A stretch of 64,000 nucleotides of DNA, from assembly GCA_000708835.1 (NCBI GenBank), contig DF237455.1, positions 1 through 64,000 of the forward strand. Reading direction: 5' to 3'. This DNA is from Klebsormidium nitens (taxonomy: Eukaryota > Plantae > Klebsormidiophyceae). Under the pieces are notes generated by a model. It saw nothing but the letters and a program-made list of their open reading frames with translations, did not search any database and was not told where the DNA came from. Positions 56,801 through 64,000 of this stretch are shown here, piece by piece. The position numbers were made by a program, and so were the translations under genes. Within the stretch, counting starts at the first letter, position 1; each line of letters begins with the position of its first letter.

Positions 56801-59800
56801 GCGAATATTCTACCTTCGACCCTGCTTGCGAGGAAGCATCAAAGAGTGAGGAAACGCGTGTCTCCGTGGTTGATTCTCGGGACTTCGACGCGTTTCCACG
56901 CAGATCGTTTCATGCAAAAAGGAGCTCGGCAGCAGCTGCACTTCCAAAATTCAGGTTTACAGCCGTGGGGCTCACCGTCTAAGTAACCAGGGTTCCCCGA
57001 CTTTGGCCGCACCTTGGTCTGCGTCCCTTGCCTAACCCAACTGACACTAAACGTCTGCTGGAGAGTCGCCAGCCCAGTCGATGCGTCGGCCGTGGTGTTA
57101 GTGAACACCAGGTCAGCGTTGACGGACACGATCGAACCGCTGCCGTCATACGCTATCGTGTAAGCTACCTGAAAGGCGACAAGGAGGCAGGGGTTAGAGA
57201 AGGCGCTCGCCTGCGGGTTTGACAGCGGTGTGTGCGCAAAGCGGCTTAGAAGCGCAGGACTGACAGGACCTAGACGTGACGAACGAAAGGGGATGACGCA
57301 AAGATAAAAGTAAGATGGAGGTAAACGGTTTGCACAGGCACATGTTTGCAAGAAGAACCCCGCTGCGCCTCGGAAAAGGTTTGAACGGGTCTGGCTATTA
57401 GCCGGCGAACATGTCTCTCAAGCCCAAAAACGTGAGTTCGCAGCTCCAATTAGCTCCAACAATATGCACTAGTTGTCGCAGCCCTCACCTTGCTCAAACC
57501 ATTCTGGCACGTGCCGGATGCCATGTCATAAGCGGTCGGCGAAGCCGTCCCCAGTGACGTCAGCGCTCCGGTGTCTGGATCGGCAAAGCGGACTATTCCG
57601 GTTGCGACGCTGACGTAGGCACTGGGCTGCGACTGAACGGCTGCTCCAGTCTGGTAAATGGACACGTGGCAGAATGTCAGATCGCATTTGAATATGGAAT
57701 CTGTCTTCTCTCGTAGTAGCGCTGGAAAAGCTCGCAGCGAAATATCGAGGAGTGGCGTGGATGCATTGTGCTCGAACGAGGTTCTAGCATAGAAGTCGGC
57801 AATCGCAGCGAGTGCCGAAGGCGAGATAAGACAATCAGGACACGGGAACGAGTTCCTCGCTGTGAGACAGAACAACTTCCGCCGCCAACGTGCCATGATT
57901 TGGTAACCGCTGATCAGTAAAGCCGTCCGTAAGGTTTGGGTCGGGAAACGGTAGGACTGCTACAGTACAACTTCGGAGCAACAGCAAAAGGGTCCCTGAC
58001 GACGTTTGTGTACAGGCTATACGAGGCAAGAACCAGAATGGTCATGCCAGGGGAACAGAGGGTTGCTCAGTACTACGAAACCCGCAGAAAGTTTAAAAAG
58101 ATGCAAAATCAGTAGCAGAATCCCGTACCCGTCCGATCCGCAGCCAGTCGGTAAAGCGGTCGGCTCCGAACGTGGCTTCGCAATCCTGCGCGAGCGTCTG
58201 ACTGTAGCGCTGGCATGCTGTCTCCGGTACGTCGGTCAGGAAACCTGCTCGGGAAGAAACAACGCCCAACATAAGTCTGTGCCAAGTTTTTCGGTTTGAC
58301 GTTTCTCGGTATTCTGAGAGACAGCTGCAAGCTTACGTATAACGGTCCTACGTGACAAGAAAGAATCCAGCCAAACTTTTAGTATATTGGGGTACTGAAC
58401 CTTGGTCAGAGTTCGTAGCACCATGCTGTTTAATCTGAGTGTTTCCTAACGGAACCTGTCTGTTCCGCCAGAGGAGCAACAGGAAAACGTCCTTGAGTGC
58501 ACAATGCCCTTGTAAGCAAAGCGGAGGATTGTCGCCCGGCGCAACTAACTGTATTACCCGCCCATGCAAAGCCCTTTTAAACTTGCCAAGGCTGGCTTTT
58601 GATCTGACTTTTTTCCCCAACTTTCAATGTCAAAGTATCTGCAAGAGCAACTGCTTTGAGTTCGCAGTGATAAGCTCACCAACCAGCTGCAGCCCTTCGC
58701 AGGCGGCACTCAGGACTGGGGCGGGGAGCGCAAACTGCGCACCCGCCCCCGCGGCCACCAGCACCGAATTCCCCCCCAGGGAGTAAGCTGCAGGCAACAA
58801 GTCGCCAACCTGCGGAAGACATTGAAGTCACTCAAACATTCGAATGGCTGGGTTCTTTGTGAGTCTGTGCTTTATGCAACGTGCTTCAAGGCCAGCTTTT
58901 GAAAATGTTCTTTTCGACAGGCTTAGGGGACAAGCTTGGAAGAGGACTTTGGGCGTATGTATGGATGTACAAGGTCTCAAGTACCTCAGATGTTGCACAC
59001 GTCCCAGATCTGCTGCATGCGTACCTTCCTTGAGCTTTATATTCAAAAAAACAGCCATGCCCTTCAGTGGCAAGCTATGTTTGCTTAGCTCTGGAGCATG
59101 CAAGACGCGCTTCACCGTTGTTTCCTTCCCATAAACCTTACATTTGCTAAAGTTCTGGCAAAGGCAGTGGGCATTTGATGCAAAGGGGCAGATCCCAGAC
59201 TCGCCCAGGCTTATGGTTTCTTTACTTTTCATTTGTAAGTGCTCACCCTATAAACGTTCGTTGCAGAGCCTGCCACGACCGGAACCGTCTTCCCAAAGGT
59301 AAAGTCGCTGTACTGGGAAGCTGCTGTGGCAAGATCGGTTTCCACGGCCGGCGCAGGGTCGGAGAAGAACTGCCCCAGCTGGGCGTTGTTTTCGTGGGCG
59401 ATGCACAACTGCTTGCTCAGAAACCCGTCGTCTGGGGCCGTCTTTTCAACAACCGCCAGGCTGCTGCTTTGGTGAAGGTTCACCTGAGGAGTACGCTCTT
59501 CACTTTAGAGAACGGTTGGAGCATGCGGCGGATGATGTTAGTCAGGCAGGAGCAGACAGAGGCCCATCCTTTTGACACCCACAGCAGAAGCATAGCTGAG
59601 ATAACATTGGGTGTTAGCCAGTGAGTGTTAGCTGTCCGTGGTTTCACACCAACCAGATTGTAGCCTGCGGTACAAAGGACAAGCTGGTTTTTGCTAGCAC
59701 AGTTATCAACACCAGCCATGATCATTAAGCAATACTGCCTTTGGATATTGGGAGCTCAAGAGTGGCTGATACATTAATGGGGCACGTATTGCCCCTGTAG

Positions 59801-60493
59801 CGGTAACCTGTCAGCCCCATAACGGGTGCACAGCACATTTACATGGTAAGACTCAACTCAAATCCTTGGGCAATGCCAGAATAGTTCTCGAGTAGGCAAA
59901 CGTGACCACCACCATTGAAATTTCCAGCTCAAAAACTGCAGCATAATCTCATGTCCATTCAAACAGTTCATAGTGAGCCACCTAGTGTCCAAATAGCTTG
60001 CAAAAGAGACTTCCCTCTTGAAGGAAAGATAGTGCTCAGGGACTTCGACCCTCACAATGATGGTAAAGTTGACACCACCCAAATTTGAGACACCAACCTT
60101 GGCCACTTGCGACTTGGGCACACAATAGTCCAGCGAGGGCGCCGGCGGCCCCTCCGGTGCGCACTCCGAAAACAGCGCCTTTGCACTCTGGTCGCACTCT
60201 GCATCGCAGCAGCAGTTGACGTCACACCCGTTGAGCGTCAGATCACACCCACATGTGCCTGCTACTGTCACTTCAATTGCATTCAAGCTGGGGACTTGAG
60301 CAACGGTGGTCCAGTCAATTGGGAAGGAGCTCAGACTGAAGCTGGTGGTGCTGATTGAGCTGAGAAAGGAATAAGAACTAGGGACGGAGAAAAGAGCTGG
60401 AGGGGGTGTGCTGTTGCTCGATTGAGCTGCTTTCGCAAATTGCGCCGCTGCAACTAGGATAATAGAAAGGAGAATGAATAACACTCTGTCCAT
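53839..60493 (-). CDS. TCTN: Tectonic family ciliary transition-zone protein
   Basis: Signal peptide MDRVLFILLSIILVAAAQFAKA. Hallmark GTCGCDLTLNGCDVNCCCDAEC. Then FALPAPVLSAAC..|GFLTD..C, SGNPGYLDG|FPVLAG, C..VVFGADSLTSC, YVATWASAD..DW, and C-terminal PSLPDDLFYPF plus a hydrophobic tail. Stop at 53839. Confidence 0.9.
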
Positions 60494-61348
60494 CGTACAC
60501 GTTTCGCATTCCGCCAGCCACTCGGCTCTGAAAATTCTCAACAGGCTACAGCAGCCTTCAAGGAAGCTGATGACGCGCCAAGCTCGTTGTCTGCCTCCAA
60601 CTCATTGAAGCTCTTTCGATGCATTGCTCAAGCTGATTATACGTTCGATCTGCATTTGCCATTCTCCGTTGATCGTCCTCCAAGGCGCACGAATACCATC
60701 ATCTACCAATAATTGTTGAATCCTAAAGACCTAAAAGTTCCTCTTACTGGCTTTGCATGCTGTTTGCCCATTCACAGCAATGAGCACCTCGATCCAGGTT
60801 TTGCATTCTGCAGGTTGAGGTTTGCTAGCTGAAAGCTAGAGCGAGATGTGCCAACCGTTTTCCCACTTAGACTTCGATCAGCCACAAAGTTGCCACGGTG
60901 TCAATAAGTTTCTTGGCATGCCGAGAAATTGCAGTAACGCTAGGTCGCCCATATATTCCATCGGTTACAATCTGTGGATTCTCACAACTTGCAACTTGCC
61001 TGAGTTGTAGGTATATGCATGATCCGTACGCCGTACGAACGAATGTCGGCTGAAATTCGGGTACCATACATGAAGAGCTGCGCATACCCTACACAGACCG
61101 TACATACTACACAGTGTATCCAACGGCCTTTCCGCAATCCTGTTTGCAGACAGGCCTCATCTAGCCGTCAAGTAAGTGTGCGCGCGTCTGACAGGAAGGT
61201 CCGAGTCGAGGCCGGCTGACCACTTTCATCCGACATCGGACATCCTGCAAAGGCTAAACCACGCATGCACAGAGCGGAGGCACGACCTACGTACTTGCTA
61301 GTTAGGTACATCTGAACACGCTGCCAAGTTTACAACTTCGTGACGGCC

Positions 61349-61587
61349 GCCGACAAGCTCTGTACGGCTCCGCCGATTCACCTTCTCCCTGCAAGCCGAC
61401 TGCCCGGCGCCGACCGGTGTTCGACAAGAGCGAAACCGTCACCCTCACGGCGGCCGACAAGTTTGCCACCCGGCCGACTTAGCCGAGGGGCCTCAGCGGA
61501 AATGCCAACACCCTGTTGCACAGCAAACGTTTAATGTGGTTGTCCTTGATGAGGTGGTCGGGCGTCTGAACCGGGAGACAAGCCGAC
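61349..61587 (+). promoter_or_regulatory. Cluster of six GCCGAC (DRE/CRT core) motifs in the divergent intergenic region
   Basis: GCCGAC at 61349, 61395, 61409, 61453, 61473 and 61582, all on the + strand. Function is inferred from motif identity only. Confidence 0.45.
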
Positions 61588-62202
61588 TGAATCGGATACC
61601 GTCAGCGGCTTCAATCGACTGACCGGAGGAAAGTCGGACTGGGAGAGGACCGTACAGGTGCAAAAGATTTCGAAACATACCGCGGCGATGCAGCTCGCTA
61701 GTGCTGTGACACTGAAAGACAGGCTGCTAAACAGCCAAGGCTTTGAGGGCCTTGTGTTAGGTATTTTGCAGAAGGGTCGAAGTTGTAATATACCGTTAAA
61801 ATTCTGGAATTTTTTAGCAACGTGCCAGGAATAGCATCAATGAATCCGGTCTGAGTTTATCTTACAGGAAACAGAGTAACCCAGTAGACTTTCAGAGTAA
61901 AAGACTCCGACGCAGCTGGCCTGGAGAGCTTTAATTGATGACCTGCGCACGTCATCCCATGTGCGCCCAGCTAGGCAAGAGATTTAGAAGCGCGGGAGGC
62001 AACCAATGATTGTCTGCATGCGTATTGGAACTTCTACTGGCTCTGGCGATGGGCCGAAACGAAGCACAATGATCAGCTCTGTAAGAGAAATGAAACACGT
62101 TGGAAACCGGTGCCTGCAATGAGTGCCTTATCACAATTTTGTCGTGCTGTTAAAGTGAAACAGGATAAGCGTGCTGAAGAAGGAAGGGCGTCAGGAAACA
62201 CC

Positions 62203-62265
62203 GATCAGAGATCAGGGATCAGAAATCAGGGATCAGGGATCAGGGATCAGGGATTAGGCATCAGT
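62203..62265. repeat. Heptamer minisatellite (GGGATCA)n, about 8 degenerate units
   Basis: GATCAGA GATCAGG GATCAGA AATCAGG GATCAGG GATCAGG GATCAGG GATTAGG CATCAG. Confidence 0.9.
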
Positions 62266-62802
62266 AGTTGGGAATCAGTAATCACAATCTGAAACACCAC
62301 ACACCATGAGAGGAGCGCAAGCAAAGGCGGACTTCTCCATGTAAGAGTTGTCCAGGCTGGTTTAAAAGAGTACGTCCTCCGCTCGAAAGAATGCGTGTAG
62401 GGCCTGCGCTGATCAGGGTAAGTTTCATTTTTCCTGCCTACTCGAAATTCTCTCTCTTTTGACTCCGTATCTGAAGACAGCGATTGCGCACTGATCTGCA
62501 AACCGTAAAGGTTTTGTGCGTGTGCTCAGTCGATACGCGCTTTTGGCCAGGGCTGCAGAACGAGACCTCTCAAACCCAAGACAACATTTGTCATGAACAC
62601 CAAGGTGGGCGAGTACGGCCAAACAGGATTGCAGGTACCTGGAGACACTGGAATGGCCACTCTGGCCGTTATTATACATCACATTGCATCACGGTCATTC
62701 CTCAGACCTGAAAGCACTCGGCTACTTACGTTCCTTTGTGAGTCAGAGGGCGTCTTGTGACTCCATCTACAGCACTTCTGTTGCACTGCAGGGATGATCA
62801 TC

Positions 62803-64000
62803 ATGGAACGTCGCAAGCATGGCGCCGTCCCTCCAAGTGCCACGTGGCACAGCCTCATTGCAGCGATCGGGTTGGTCGGCCTTCTCTTTGTAAGGCAAGC
62901 GGAGGGGGGCGTTTCGGGGCAGCCCATGTGTGACTACCAGCCTGGAGCAGGAATGGGGAACACCTTTATTTTGTCGAGAATGTCGGTGCCCTTCGCAAAG
63001 GACGACTCACTGGGGGAGTTCTACGTGGATGAGGGACGCCGCCTCATGTTCACCACGTGGAACAACGGGGTGAGGACACGTGTGATCTGACGGGTGGTTG
63101 TCGACTCCAAAGACATCTGCAGCCTTTCAAACAATGTCTTGCTGAGTCATTGGACCGCTTGCAAACACCTTGCAAAGCAGCGCCTCTGAGTTGGATTCAA
63201 ACACGTCCGGTTGCAAGAACTTCAAAAAGGGGCGTAGTACAAGATCTTCAACCAGAGTCGTAAGCAGCATGTTTGCGAAAGTGGCCGACACCTGTCTTTG
63301 AAGCTGTGACAGCTGTCCGACATTGACTTTATATGCATGGAACAGGTGTACATGTTCCCGCTGTCACTGGACGGGAGTTACCTGCCCACGTTCCTGTGCC
63401 CCCAGAAGAAGCTGCAAACGCTGAACTATGCCAACGGGAACCTCATGCTGATTCCCTTGGCTCTGGACACGTCTCGGGGCATCCTCTTTGCGCCGAGCGA
63501 AACAGGCGGCTCAAGTTCCAAGCCGATTTGGTATGCCATTGAGTACACAGGTGAGCAGAGGAGGCTTGCACTTTACCCTTTGCGAAGTCAGTACCGACAC
63601 ATCGGTAGGACAGACAAGAGCGCATCAATCCCAGCAGTCGATTGCCGTGCTGTTTTTCCTACCTTTTTGAGCGCCACATGGTTCTGTGAAGCGGCTTTCT
63701 GCAAAGCAGTCGTGTGCTTTGCAAGGGCAGTAAACGAGAAGAGCTTACGCCCCCATAGTAGCTGCTTCTACAGTGTTGATGTGGTCCCTGAGCCTGAGAG
63801 TGGAGTCTTGTGCACAACCTTGTAAAGTACTCACCTTTTCCGCACTGCGGCAAGCAGAACCTATGCAAATCAACTTCCCCGATGGAAGCCTACTGTTTAC
63901 GGTGGAACTTATTCCGTGTGTATTTGTCGAGAATGCAAAGCGTAGTCGATCAGTGCACGCTTAACCACCGCTCCTCATTGCCCACCTTTCCTCATCACAG
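62803..64000 (+). CDS. Paralog of the secreted Pro-rich protein gene at 1-5297 (exons 1-2; continues beyond window)
   Basis: Exon 1 at 62803-63069 (MERRKHGAVPPSATWH...SLGEFYVDEGRRLMFTTWNNG|GTGAGG). Exon 2 at 63346-63550 (205 nt), 55/68 aa identical to exon 2 of the left gene, with the same intron positions and phases. An in-frame ATG also exists at 62794. Confidence 0.85.

Overview
This is eukaryotic, intron-rich nuclear DNA. It is most consistent with a Klebsormidium-like streptophyte (charophyte) alga; this is an inference from land-plant-type SOS1, F2KP and FIP2 genes sitting beside a ciliary tectonic gene, and from GC-rich exons. Eight spliced genes were reconstructed by hand. (1) A secreted protein with a long Pro-rich extensin-like tail (-, runs off the left edge). 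(2) A bHLH transcription factor with a C-terminal ACT-like domain (-). (3) 6-phosphofructo-2-kinase/fructose-2,6-bisphosphatase F2KP (+). (4) Plasma-membrane Na+/H+ antiporter SOS1 (+). (5) BTB/POZ-pentapeptide protein FIP2 (-). (6) Mitochondrial ATP synthase epsilon (+, exon 1 only resolved). (7) Tectonic (-). (8) An inverted paralog of gene 1 (+, runs off the right edge). No rRNA, tRNA or CRISPR array is supported. Most long ORFs in the supplied track are antisense shadows or exon-plus-intron read-throughs. The most striking unexplained pattern is in the introns of F2KP and SOS1. At least eight exon boundaries have been copied, splice site included, into the adjacent intron as degenerate tandem 'echoes' (1-5 extra copies each). 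These are interleaved with telomere-like (T)nAGGG tracts that are G-rich after donors and C-rich before acceptors, and one 55-bp tract sits exactly at a duplicated AG|GT junction. Other candidates: an inverted paralog pair bracketing about 57 kb, a TIR-bounded MITE, a six-fold DRE/CRT (GCCGAC) cluster, loss of the SOS2 phospho-site at the SOS1 C-terminus, a cryptic myristoylation exon for F2KP, and several decayed or hidden coding fragments. All exon coordinates are manual and were not checked against transcripts.
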